Positions 1 to 12,416 of a stretch of DNA of 64,000 bases are shown here, piece after piece; positions within the stretch are counted from its first letter, which is position 1, and each line of letters starts with the position of its first letter. The translations under genes were made by a program, and so were the position numbers. Source of the DNA: the human T2T-CHM13v2.0 reference genome, Homo sapiens; the NCBI RefSeq assembly GCF_009914755.1, contig NC_060937.1. One strand, written 5' to 3'. The notes below the pieces were generated by a model. The model was not told the DNA's origin. It ran no database searches and saw only the letters and a list, made by a program, of their open reading frames with translations.

Positions 1-457
1 TGTGTGTATATATATCTATATACAGATTGTATACATATATACATACATACATACATACATACATATATGTAGAGAGACAGGCATTTTAAGGAACCTGTTC
101 ATCTCACTGGAGATGCTCATGCAACTGTGGAGATGCAAGGTTAAAAGTTTGCCGGGCAGGCCCTTAGGTTAAAGACCCGAGGAAGAGCTACACTTCAATC
201 CCAGAAGTCCAAAATGCCATCTGAAGGCAGAATTTCCTCTTCCTGAGGGAACCTGAGTCTTTGCTCTTCAGATCCTTGATGAATGAAGATGGATGAAGTC
301 CACCCACCTTATGGAAGGTCATCTTTCCTCAAAGCCCACTGATTTAAATGTTAATCTTATCTATTAAGTACCTTCCCAGCAACATCCAGACTGATGTTGA
401 ACCAGGTAGCTGCGTAATGAGGCATAGACAAGTTGACACGTAAAATTAACCATCACA
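1..457 (-). mobile_element. MLT2 (C/D-type) ERVL LTR, cut by window start, including its internal (TA)n/(TACA)n microsatellite
   Basis: Ends ...agttgacacgtaaaattaaccatcaca, the reverse complement of the MLT2 start TGTGATGGTTAATTTTA.GTGTCAACT; also contains gatttaaatgttaatc and caacatccagactg; microsatellite at 1-70. Confidence 0.8.
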
Positions 458-597
458 GAGTGGAAGAAAACATTTATTTTTCTTGCTTACACATAAATAC
501 CCATCTGGAAAGAGATCTAGAGAACAATAGAGGGGACTGGGCAGCAGAGAGCAGGGAAAGGCGTACTTCATGTTGAACACCCGAAAACCCAAATATT

Positions 598-877
<280 letters not shown>

Positions 878-1074
878 GATCCTTTTTTTTTTTTTTTTTA
901 ATTGTGAACTGTTTCAAAAGTATTATTTGTACCGAAGTTAAATAAAATTTTTAAGTGGAAGAGAGAAAAACTGAAATTCTTCCAGAGGAGAGAGACCAGG
1001 ATAATCAAAACACCAAGCACCATCAATGGGGATATTTCGCCCGAGGCAGATAATGCACTCAGGCCAGCTATGAA

Positions 1075-1300
1075 AGCTGCCTCATATACTCAAAGAACTG
1101 TCATAAAAGAAAGGAAATTTGACTTGTGCTGTGAGCCTCAGGGGGAAGGGAAGGTATTTCGAGGCAGAGGTGGAAGTTATGAAGAGACAGATTCTGATTC
1201 AAAACAAGGATGAACGTCTCCATAAATAGATGGTTCTGAAAAAGAGGTGGCTGCAGACCGCTCCTGTCCCATGGGGATCTGGGGAAACTTCTGGCAGGGG
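1075..1300 (+). mobile_element. CR1/L3 LINE 3' fragment (highly diverged)
   Basis: gaactgtcat...gacttgtgctgtgagcctcaggggg...ggtggaagttatgaagagacagattctgattcaaaacaaggatgaac resembles the L3 3' end. Confidence 0.55.
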
Positions 1301-2188
1301 TGGTCAAGAACAACTGAGGTACTGGATGGATCCAGCGCCCCAAAGTCTCCCCTCAACTCTGGCTACAAATATTTCTCCTCCTTCAGGACTCTGGATTCCC
1401 TTACGTGTGTATGGTTTCTGGTCATGGTGCCTGATGACAAAGCGTTGGTGCCGAAGCCATGCACCCAGGGACCAGGACTCTGGTACCGTCATTGCCCAGC
1501 TGCAAGGCCTTGAGAACTTCCCCAACCTATAGATGCTGTAACCTGAGCATTACAGGAAGCTATTTTAGGGTGACTTGAGGGGCACTACATTAGAGGATGC
1601 TCTTGAAGCACATGGAGGCATCCTGAGATCATGACAAACGTTTGACATCATACAGGTTGGCTGGAATATTTGTTATGGTTCTTCTTATGTTTGTTTTTTT
1701 ACTAGTAGTAAAACTTTAATTGCCTTTTAGAAGGAAGAGGCTGGAACTGAGAATCACCTGATATGCACATATGACTGGAGAAATTACAATAATATATTTT
1801 TTAAAATATCCTGAGTGACATACTGATGGGGGTCTTACGTCTGTATGTGCTTACTGTGATAAGTCAGAAAACACATACTCACAGTAGTTAGCAGCTCCTC
1901 TCATCAAAGGTAGAGAATTTTTCCCCTCTCCTTGAGCGTGGGCTAGTCTTGCTTTTGTTCCAGAAGGTGACAGAGGGATATTGCATGGGTTCTAGAGTCC
2001 AGGCTAAAGAGGGTTTGCAGCTCCACCTACGCTCTCTCCTGCAACACTCCTGCCACTGCACAAGGGGCTCTAATCTGGGTCAGTGCAGCAGCTGGCAGCC
2101 ACCACCAGCTTTAGATACATAGGTAAGGCTGTCCAAGATCCCCCAGCCCTCCTCAAGTTGGAAAATGATCGGGACCACATGTATGGCT

Positions 2189-3321
2189 TGACAAAGACTC
2201 TCCTTGACCAAATATTAGTCGGGCTCCTCTGAGGATTCTCTTCATCTGGCCTCAACCTTGACCTGTCGGAACTGCAGCCTGTCAATTTTGTACTCCCCAC
2301 CCCCACCACACACACATGAAGATACTTGAACAAACACTAGCACAGTTTCTAACAGCTCAAGTCCACATTCCTAGGATGATGACACTGGCCTCTTTAAGTT
2401 CTGCCTGACAAGGCTCAATGCTGCCAAAAGAATGTACTGTTTGTTCCAACAAGAGCCTGATTGCAGGCCCCTGACCTCCCTTTTTTGGAGCATTTACTTT
2501 AGAAAACTTGCAATTGTAAATATTTTTTTCTATCCTTTTGAGAGGTAGCTTTTACAACCCAGGAACATCTTTCTCAAAGACTTCGGGCCAACTCTTTGAA
2601 ATGTAATCATTAAAAAAGATAGGGCTCCTGTCTTCCAGTCTCCTGGGAGGGCAGAAGCCCATCTTAATCTGTTTTGTGCTGCTATCACAGAATACCACAG
2701 ATTGGGTAATTTATAAACAACAGGAGATTATTTGGCTCATGGTTCTGGAGGCTGGGGAGTCCAAGATCAAGGAGCCACATCTTGGGGGTGGGGGCAGCCT
2801 TCTTGCTCTGTATGATTGGTAGAGGGCATCAAATGGAGAGAGGGCATGCAAGAGAAGGGAAGAGGGCAGAACTCATCCTTCTGTCAAGAACCCACACTCA
2901 TGATAACTAACCCACTACCATGATAACTAACCCATTCCCGAGACAGTGGCATGAATACATTCACAAGGGCAGAGCCCTCATGACCTGATTAGCTCTTAAA
3001 GGTCCCACCTCTCAATACTGTTGCATTGGGGATTAAGATTTCAACACATGAACTTCGGGATATACATTCAGACCATACAAAGCTTAACTTGAATGTGTCA
3101 ATTAGCAAACACAGGTGGCCTAATTACATTTCCCAGTTTTTCCCCAGTGTCCTCAGTAATTTTCCTTTAGCATGCCCCACCATTTAAACAGCCCCCCACC
3201 TTTTGTTTTGGGGGAATTGAGCTTAGTTTATACTGGAGTGTCTTTTCCCTACTGTGGTACTCTAAATCAAAATCTATCTTGATATTTTTAATAAATGCTT
3301 GTGCAAAATTTTTCTTTTACA
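2189..3321 (+). mobile_element. ERV1 solo LTR, MER31/MER67-like, interrupted by MSTD
   Basis: Starts tgacaaagactctccttgaccaaatattagtcgggctcctctgag and ends ...ttttaca (TG...CA); flanks ggct/gcct are a possible 4-bp TSD. Confidence 0.7.
2661..3079 (-). mobile_element. MSTD-like MaLR solo LTR
   Basis: tcttaatctgttttgtgctgctatcacagaataccacagattgggtaatttataaac ... gataactaacccact ... ggtcccacctctcaatactgttgcattggggattaag ... cattcagaccat; flanks aagcc/aagct. Confidence 0.85.
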
Positions 3322-3440
3322 GCCTCTAGGCCAGACCAGCAGAATGGCCCAACTAACCCACCAAATTATGAGACATAAATTGATTTAAGCCATTAAATAT
3401 TGAAATGATTTGCTATGAAATAAAGCCTAACTAGTACCTA

Positions 3441-4440
3441 GAAATGGATACCTAAAAGTGGGCACTCCCATAACAAAAACCAGAGCATTAGCTTTGGGCT
3501 TGATGAAGCTGCTAGAGGCTGGAGAAGAGCCTAACTGTATTATGTAGTCAGTTTTGCTGTCAACTCACTGGCAAAACCATTACCTGTAGTAACTTAGAAC
3601 ATTCTTTTAGATGTGCCTAATGAACTCATGGATCTTAAGGACATATCCAGGAAGAAAGTTGAAAGTTCCAATGGATTTCTCCTGGCTGTGAAGGATAAGG
3701 GAGAAGAAGAGAGAGGTAAACTTAAGAAGGAAGTGTTCGGTTTTAAGGTAGAATTGGATAAAACACAAAGCCCAGAGTTTCCCAGATTTGAAAGTAAAAT
3801 GGTAAAAAATTATCAAAGTTAATTAAAGTCTGAGGCCAAAATCAAGTCAAGAATATGGGTATCAAGCAAGTGACATATTTAAGGAAGTTCTAGGTAAACC
3901 TTCTCAGACAAATGGGACTTTCAAGAATCTAATAATTTTAAAGGTATTTGCCCAAGGTAATCTCAAATGAAACCCAAAGAAAACAGAAATCTTCTCAAAA
4001 AGTATGCCTTTTAGGGCATGGAATAAACACTCATCAGATTCAAAGGAACCCCACAAAGTTTTTAAAGGAGTTGTGCTTTTGAAAACACCACTACTTTGCA
4101 CAAAAAAAGAAGAGACAATCAAATGAAAAGAATCTCTTGATGTCCAAATTCCTGTAGACAGAAGAAGCTACTGATCAGCAAACAAGGATGATTTCTTATG
4201 GAAAAAGAAGGGTATGTCAAGGGGTAAAGGTAAAAGTCCCAAGGATGGACTTTCTGTAGAGCAGCAGAAAACAGGAGCTAGAGGATCACATCCAGGGACT
4301 AGATCTAGGTCTTCATCAGGGAACAGTCCCTGCCTGGATTACAGAACTGGATTTCAACCTGTGTGCAGCTGCATTTCAGACCACAGTGGCCAAATACTGC
4401 CTTTCACTTCCCCGCTTTGTGGAAGGGAGTGACTATTATT
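3441..4440 (+). mobile_element. MLT1-int (MaLR internal region, decayed ORF relic)
   Basis: gaaatggatacctaaaagtggg follows the LTR; ORF 3613-3822 (NELMDLKDISRKKVESSNGFLLAVKDKGEEERGKLKKE) resembles the MaLR internal ORF pattern L..LAEEISKQ.VE...WLLLAAY.K..EER.ELKKE. Confidence 0.65.
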
Positions 4441-4457
4441 GTGATGCCATCCATGCC

Positions 4458-4592
4458 TGTGGTGGGCACAGGATGCATATCCCAGATCCCCTCGAGGAAG
4501 AACTCATTGCCCCAGCTGCAGAGAGTGCTGTCAGCAAGCAGCCTTCAGTCCCTAACCCTCCGATATTCTCATCTACAGAGAACTGTCTCCCA
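4458..4592 (+). mobile_element. LTR16A-like ERVL LTR, 5' fragment
   Basis: tgtggtgggcacaggatgcatatcccagatcccctc...ccccagctgcagagagtgctgtcagcaagcagccttcag matches the LTR16A start; truncated at the L1 junction. Confidence 0.6.
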
Positions 4593-4597
4593 TTACT

Positions 4598-6833
4598 TGT
4601 TTAACTTTTATTTTAGCTTCAGGGTCCACATGCAGGATAGGTAAATTGCATTTCGTAAGGGGTTGATGTACAGATTATTGCATCACCCAGGTAACAAGCA
4701 CAGTACTCGAGAGATACTTTTGTGATCCTCACCTTCCTCCCTCTCTCCACCCTCAAGTAGGCCTCAGTGTCTATTGTTCCCTTCTTTTTGTCCATATGTA
4801 CTCAATGTTTAGTTTCCACTTATAAGTGAGGACATGCGGTATTGGTTTTCTGATCCTGTCTTAATTTGCTTAGGATAATGGCCTCCAGCTGCACCCATTT
4901 TGCTGCAAAGAATATTATCTCTATTTTTTATGGCTGCATAGTATTCCATGGCATAGATCTACCAGTTTTTCTTTATCCAGTTCACCACTGATGGACATTT
5001 AGATTGATTCCATGTCTTTGCTATTGTGAATACTGCTGTGATGAGCATATATGTGTATGTGTCTTTATGGTAAAATGATGTATATTCCTTGTGTGTAAAT
5101 ATCCAATAATGAGATTGCTGGGTTGAATGCCAATTCTTCTTTGAGTTCCTTGAGAAATCACCAAACTGATTTCCACAATGGCTGAAGAATTTACATTCCC
5201 ACCAGCCGTGAATAAACATCTCTTCACTTGGCAACCTTGCCAGCATCTGTTATTTTTTGACTTTTTAATAGTAGCCATTCTGACTGGTGTGAGATACTAC
5301 CTCATTGTGGTTTGATTTGCATTTCTCTAATTATCAGTATGTTGAGCATTTTTTTCATATGCTTGTTGGGCCATATGTATGTCTTCTTTTGAAAAGTGTC
5401 TGTTCATTTCCTTTGCCCAGTTTTTAATGGAGTTGTTGCTTTTTGCTTGTAAATTTATTCCTTACAGATTCTATATATTAGACCTTTGTTGGATGCATAG
5501 TTCATAAATATTTTCTCCCATTCTGTAGGTTGTCTGTTTACTCTGTTGGTATTCTCTTTTGCTGCGCAGAAGCTCTTTAGTTCATTTAAGTCCCATTTGT
5601 CAAGTTTTGTTTTTGTTGTAATTGCTGTTGGTGTCTTTGTCATGAAATCTTGGCCAGTTCCTATGTTGTGAATGGCATTGCCTAGGTTATCTTCTAGGGT
5701 TTTTGTAGTTTTAGGTTTTATATTTAAGTCTTTAATTCATTTCGGGTTGATTTCTGTATATGGTGTAAGGAAGGGGTCCAGCTTCAATCTTCTGCGTATG
5801 GCTAGCCAGTTATCTCAGCACCATTTATTTAATAGGGAGTCCTGTCACCATCACTTGTTTTTGTTGACTTTGTTGAAGATCAGATGATTGTGAGTGTGCA
5901 GCATTGTTTCTGGGCTCTCTATCCTGTTTCATTAGTCTATGTACCTGTTTTTGTACCAGTACCATGCTGTTTGGGTTACTGCAGCCTTGCAGTATAGTTT
6001 GAAGTCAGGTAGTGTGATGTCTCCAGCTTGATTCTTTTTGCTTAGGATTGCCTTGACTATTCAGGCTCTTTTTTTGGTTCCATTTGAATTTTAAAGTTTT
6101 TTTTTTCTAATTCTGTGAAAAATGTCATTGGTAGTCTGATAGGAACAGCACTGAATCTATACATTGCTTTGGGCAATATGGTCATTTTCACTGTATTGAT
6201 TCTTTCTATCCATGATCATGGAATGCTTTTCCATTTGTTTCTGTTGTCTCTGATTTCTTTGAGTGGTGTTTTGTGATTGTTATTGTAGAGATCTTTCACC
6301 TCCCTGGTTAGCTGTACTCCTAGGTATTTTATTCTTTTTGTGGCTATTGTGAGTGGAGTTGAGTTCTTGATTTGGCTCTCAGCTTAGATGTTGTTGGTGT
6401 ATAGGAGTGCTACTGACTTTTGTACATTGATTTTTGTATCCTGAAAATTTGCTGAAGTCGTTTATCAGATCAAGGAGTTTTTGGGCAGAGACTATAGGGC
6501 TTTCTATGTATAGAATCATATTTTCTGAAAAAAGGGATAGTTTGATTTCCTCTCTTTCTACTTGGGTGCGTTTTCTTTCCTTCTCTTGCCTGATTGCTCT
6601 GTCCAGGGCTTCCAGTATTCCATGTTGAATTGGAGTGGTAAGAGAGAGCATTCTTGCCTTGTTCTTGTTTTTAAGGGGAATACTTTGAGCTTTTGTCCAT
6701 TCAGCATAATATTGGCTGTGGGGTTGTCATAGGTGGCTCTTATTATTTTGAAGTATGTTCATTCAATGCCTAGTTTGTTGAGAGTTTTTTACATGAAGGG
6801 ATGTTTAATTTTACTGAAAGCCTTTTCTGTATC
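4598..6833 (-). mobile_element. L1PA15/16-like LINE-1, 5'-truncated (3'UTR plus decayed 3' part of ORF2)
   Basis: 3'UTR cacccaggtaacaagcacagtac...ccaccctcaagtaggcc; minus-strand ORFs give ORF2 peptides ([65 protein letters not shown]). Confidence 0.95.
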
Positions 6834-7460
6834 ATATTTATTTTCTGCATGGTGCCACTCTTTGAAATTCTTCCATGATTTGATCAATAGGCACTGACAA
6901 GAGAATTCCCTATTAAATTTTCCCATCTTCTGTGCTGTGCTTCTGTGTTGTTTGGGGCATGCAGACATCCATTTTGCATGCATTCATTTACAGGCCAATT
7001 TGATGGAAACAATCCTGGTTATCGAACAGCAGCACCATTACTTCAGTGTCTTCTTGTCCTACTGTGCACAAATTTTCAAACCAGTCAGGAGTTTCACTGG
7101 CTTCCTCAGGTCAATGTGGCTTTAATTCATTAACAGCTCCTGGAATATCATCAGCTGGAAGACATGCCAATGCAGGAAATAATGCATTGTTAACCTAAAG
7201 TTTTCATTGTTGCTGTGTCACAAGGCCAATTCACTCACCTGGATTTGCTGCCAAATGCACTGGGCTAAACAGGGAAAACAAATGTTATTGGTAACACTTT
7301 GAAATTCACTTTTAGAAGCCAAGCTTACAGTCCACCTAACACGATGCGACTATCCCGTGATCACAATTTTTGGGATTTGAGAGCTTAGGGATTTACACTT
7401 TAGGGATTTCAACCTTTAAGATTATGGCTTTCAGAATTGTGTCTTTGGGAATCACGCTCC
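6834..7460 (-). mobile_element. Ricksha (MuDR/MULE DNA transposon), one terminus plus transposase fragment
   Basis: Minus strand of 7321-7460 reads TGATTCCCAAAGACACAATTCTGAAAGCCATAATCTTAAAGGTTGAAATCCCTAAAGTGTAAATCCCTAAG...AAATCCCAAAAATT, the repetitive Ricksha terminus, followed by MULE-like coding relics. Confidence 0.85.
6845..7319 (-). pseudogene. Decayed MULE/MuDR transposase fragment (stops and frameshifts)
   Basis: Manual translation across frames: ASKSEFQSVTNNICFPCLAQCIWQQIQ..., FPALACLPADDIPGAVNELKPH*PEEASETPDWFEN, LFPSNWPVNECMQNGCLHAPNNTEAQHRRWENLIG, IMEEFQ. These match the MULE CxFH, ALAFLP and RTNNxxExWH motifs. Confidence 0.8.
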
Positions 7461-7462
7461 GC

Positions 7463-7697
7463 ACACCATGTAACAACAGAGGCAGAGATTGGAGTGATGT
7501 ACCAGCAAGTCCAGAAGCTCCAAGCTGGCTCCAGTAGGATCTGGAAGAGGCCAGGAAGAACTCTTACCACAGCCTCAGAGGGACTACGGCCCTGCCACAC
7601 CTGGAGTTCAGCCTACAGAACTGTGAGAGAATGAACTTCTGTTGTTTTGAGCTAATCGGTTTGTAGGACTTGTTAAGACAGCCCTAGAAAACTAACA
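7463..7697 (+). mobile_element. MLT1 (C/D/E-type) LTR, 3' half only
   Basis: gaggcagagattggagtgatg...ggaagaggccaggaaga...ggccctgccacacc...cagaactgtgagagaatgaacttctgttgttttgagc...acagccctagaaaactaac. Confidence 0.8.
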
Positions 7698-10600
7698 ATT
7701 CTCAAAAGAGAAAAATAAACATGGCGATGAATAAATGAGTGCTGTGGTTTCAGAACAGAGAATGCCTCATCGTAACCCAGCTGAGCATCTCTGCCCTCCC
7801 TTGGATGCTCCACCTTGAAGGTGATGCCCTCACCTTGGAGAGATGTGCAGAGTGCAGCCTTGGGAGAGGGAAGGAGCAGCCCTCTCAGGAGGAAGCACTG
7901 CCCTTGAAGCCCATGCCTCCCTCCCCTCCTTCCCTGTGCCTCTGTCCATCTCCTGATGCTGGTCCACCCACTCAGCCCTGCCCCGGAGCATCATCATTCT
8001 TCACAACCATCCACTTCTTCAACTCAGCAAACCAGTATCAAGGTTGACATTATTTTTCCCAGTGTGAAGAGGAAAGAGGACAGCTCTCTTTTCAGCTTCA
8101 TATGACGAAACTCAGGAAAATATATCCATTGTTTCTCTCTTCAGTGTCACCATTCCTTGCCTGCTTGCATAAGTAATAAAGTTTTAAAAAATACCTAAGT
8201 TGGTTCCTAAACACCAGTCAATGCAGACAAGGACCCAATATCAATACACTTGATTCAGCCTTATTTATCACCTGCTCTGAAGGCTTAAAACACAAGCGCC
8301 TCTAATGTTTCACAAATTCACTCTTGTCTACATTCCATAGAGGGGAACAATCTATCACATTAATCTTTAGAATATAATTTCAAAATATTGTACTTTCTTC
8401 AGGAAATCTTATTCACGCTCAGCTATTACATCTGAAAAGTAAAGGATGTCTGCACATGCAGCTGGTAGCCAGGGAGTTAAGTAATATTGTAAGAAATCAT
8501 GGGTACCTATAAGGAGAATAAAATACTTTTCAAAGGAGAAAAATGGCGTCGAATAACATTGCCCCAGAGCATGGGTCATTCTCGCAGCCCACACCCCTCC
8601 TGGGGGCAGTGACACATTGGAAGAGAGCCCCCCACCTCCTGCCACTCTCCTTTGCTCCCAACCCTGGCTCTAAAAGAACAGAATATCCCAAATCCTTCAG
8701 ATTCATGATTCACACCTAATGGTTCAAAACTATGAAGGAAAAATCGGCACACTCTCACCGTCCTCCCAGTTACATGTCCAGTGGTGTGGGGACGCCATGT
8801 GTTCAGTGTTCAGAACCTGGGGGCGCTGCCGGCCAGAGGACCTATTGCATAAAAGTCCTTGCAGGGCTAAAGAGGAGGAAAGACAATCACAGAGACAAGT
8901 CCTTAAAAATATTGTCAGAAATGAAATGGGCTTTCCCCTCATAGCTTTACAGAAATAATGCATTTTCAAGTAAAATATCCTGAATACGACCTTTACTCCA
9001 AAGTTTTCAAAAATGATGTGGTTTCTTCCCAGGCATGTGTGTTCTGTATCAAATATTGAAAGGCCAGGTCTCCACACCCAGGAAAGAAGAGAGCTGAGGA
9101 ACTTATCTGGATAATTCAGAAAATAAAAGAAAAACCTCCTTTGCTCTAAATTGCCCAAATTATTTAGGAGCACGGGGAAGGTGTTGCCTGGAATGTCCGT
9201 GAACGGAGACATCGTTCCTGTTCCCTTTTGCCTGTAAAGATCTGGCGAGACAGGGCCTCAGCAGTCGGGTTTTCATCCTGGATTAAAATAGACACAAATA
9301 GACGACTGTCTGGGGATGAAGGAAGACCTTGTCTCCTTTGAAGCTGATGGGAAGCAGAGTTCGATAATTGAAACAACAGAGCACAAACTTTAGTGAATCT
9401 GCTGCTGCTGCCACAGCCGCCGGTTCCGTGTACACAGATGGTGTTTAATTATTTTAAAGGGCACCTTAATCCTCCCTTATCTGTGCAGAGGGCTTCTAGC
9501 ATTGGCTTTTCCAGAGCAGCCCTCCCAAAATGCTATGTGTGTGGGTTAGTAGTAAACTTTTCTCTGCAATCAAAGTTTTCTTCCACTAATCATGTTCTCG
9601 GTGTGATTTAAAATATTTCCTTCACATACGACAGCAAGATCTCCACCCTGAGCTATTTTTGTTTGTTTAATTTTCTTATTTGCTTCTCCTTAAAACCATA
9701 CAATCCTCACTATAAATAATACCTTCCACTAAAAATATATTTAAAATGGTATCACCGACTGCAGCTTAAAATACTAACCATAGAAACACACCATATGGAT
9801 TTAGACCAAAATATTAAGAGGTATCTGGCAGTGAATCAGTTTTATAATATGGTTCTCTAGCCTCTTCAATCAGAAAGAAGCTGAGGCCAGGTCATCACAT
9901 GGAGTAGCTCATCAGACAGATTCAGTTGATCTGATATGTTCATTCGTCTACACTGCATGAACGTGGCTATTCCTGGTTCACATGATGAAGCTTGGGGTCT
10001 GTCACATTGGGAAGCAGGCGGAGGGGACAGAGACTCCTGCCATATGCAGAAATTGTTCTCACTTCTTATGATATCATGAATCTTAGGAGGGACTGACCCC
10101 TGGGGAGAAGAAATACACATACAAGTTGGGAGGTGTGGACGGAGAGATGGGAAGTGGAGTTCATGCCAGGCTGCCGCAAGGCGGGGTAGGGCTTAGGACA
10201 GACTCTGAGCCCGGCGATGGCCACCTGGCCCCTTCCCCTTGTGGGTACACACCCTAAGCCTCCTTTACAAAGAACTATAGTGAGAAAACGGAACTGAGCA
10301 GAGGTGAATGTGAATTAGGAAGTATTAGTATTTTGTAATTTTTTAAATGAGAGGGCAAAAAAAACCCCCAAAAACCCATGACACCATTTTAAAATAAAAC
10401 AATGGCATGCTAAAAATGCCAATTAATTATTCTGAAAATACGAATGAAATACAGCTGAAGTTTGCTGCATTGCACATTTAAGCACAAAACACATCACACT
10501 CGTCAGTCAAGCCATGTCCCTGCACTCCTAACGCTGCTCCGTTTACTGCTGCATTGAGAGTCCAGGCTCTAGCCGCCCAGGAAGGAGCAGAGCACACACC

Positions 10601-11189
10601 CACGTGGAGGCTTGAGGACCACGATGCTGCTCGAGAACAAGAATCTCAGACGTGAGGGTGCATTCGAAGATGCACTCAAGCTCCTCTTAGATATTATCTA
10701 TGCAAGAGCTGGTGCACAGCCCGACAAGACGTCCACACATCTCCTTCTGAGCAAGAATCTCAGGCTGGGCTTCCTGAAAGTCGTTTAATCCAGCTTACTG
10801 GAATATTTGAGTAACCATCAAAACATAACTCCAAGGGCTTTACACCGGCCCTGCTGACACATCTGACATTTCAAATCACAGAACTATAAAAATTCTAAAA
10901 GTCATTCTGCAACGGTGTCAACCAGTCAGGAAATGTGCTTTCTCATACATGTCATTTTTTATTTGATCAGAGATGAAAGCATCCAGTTTTGAAACGAAAG
11001 AGCATTAAAACATCTGTTTCCTGGGACACATTAAAGACACCAGAGTCTAGCAGAGATCAAGGGGGAAAGACAGAATCAGTCAAGAGGAAGAAAACATTTT
11101 GTTTTAGGGGGGAAAATCAAGAATACAGTGAATCTGGCAATGCCTATACAAGTCCGCAGAGGTATTTTTAGAAAACTGAAATATGTGAT

Positions 11190-11285
11190 CTCAGGATCTC
11201 AGTGTGAAAGGGCCGTGGGGGTCAGCTGGGTCAAGTCCCTTATTTACACAGTGGGTGTCTGGGACCCAAAAAGTGAAGAAAACAG
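11190..11285 (-). mobile_element. MIR/MIR3 fragment
   Basis: gaaagggccgtgggggtcagctgggtcaagtcccttatttacacagtggg...gggacccaaaaagtgaag. Confidence 0.4.
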
Positions 11286-11335
11286 TCTATAGATGCTTTA
11301 AATACATGCCTGGGAAAAACTCAGAAAAGTGACAG

Positions 11336-11648
11336 TGATATGGCTTGGCTGTGTCCCCACCCAAATCTCATCTTGAATTCCCACGTGTTGTGGGAGGGAC
11401 CTGGGGGGAGGTAATTGAATCATGGGGACAGGTCTTTCCTGTGCTGTTTTCATGATAGCGAGTAAGTCTCATGAGATCTGATGGTATTATAAGGGGGAGT
11501 TTCCCTGCCCAAGCTCCTCTCATTGCCTGCCACCACCCATGTAAGATGTGACTTGCTCCTTCTTGCCTTCTGCCATGACTGTGAGGCCTTCTCAGCCACG
11601 TGGAACTGTAAGTCCAGTTAAACCTCTTTCTTTTGTAAATTGCCCAGT
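11336..11648 (+). mobile_element. THE1B MaLR LTR, missing its last ~45 bp
   Basis: tgatatggcttggctgtgtccccacccaaatctcatcttgaatt ... gggagtttccctgcccaagctc ... gtaagatgtgacttgctcc ... aaacctctttcttttgtaaattgcccagt, then non-LTR sequence. Confidence 0.92.
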
Positions 11649-11908
11649 GTATTTGACTTTCTCTAAAGCATGTGCTTTCCCTTAGAGTTTTTTTTTTTTT
11701 CCTTTCGTGCGAGGTTCCCTTTATGAAACCTTTGGATGGGTAACTATTTTGAATAGTCATAAGATTAGTATCTGAAATAACTGTAAACTTATTTCTACAC
11801 TGTTAATCTACACAGTGTTCTGAGCCTAAAGTTCTTATTTGTGTTTCTCAACTAAGTAATTAAAGGGAATGGGTTTCCCTACTGCATAGTTTTAAAATTA
11901 GTATGTTT

Positions 11909-12226
<318 letters not shown>

Positions 12227-12416
12227 TATGTTTTTAAACTCCAAAAATAAGTAGTTTGGAGGCCCAGATCTGTTTGCGGGATTTGCAATCTCAAAATGTA
12301 ACCCTATTTTTTTTCAGCTTATACACTGATAAATGTAGAAGATAACTCATTTATTTCTTTTAGTCATGTCAAGGGAAAGAACAAAAGGAAAAGAACCCCT
12401 GGACACGAAATGCCTG

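Larger units (their letters stand above)
1880..3440 (+). mobile_element. MLT1 (F/G/H-type) MaLR LTR, split by nested insertions (pieces ~1880-2188 and 3322-3440)
   Basis: cagctcctctcatcaaaggtagagaatt...ccttgagcgtgggc on the 5' side; gaccagcagaatggcccaactaacccaccaaattatgagacataaattgatttaagccattaaat on the 3' side; runs directly into MaLR internal sequence. Confidence 0.6.

Noticed and set aside
2899-2940. 20-bp tandem catgataactaacccact
   Set aside because: Lies in a part of MSTD that is already tandem-like in the consensus; trivial slippage
8812-8830. CTCF-like acctgggggcgctg (also 20050-20068)
   Set aside because: Only the 3' half of the core matches; key 5' positions differ
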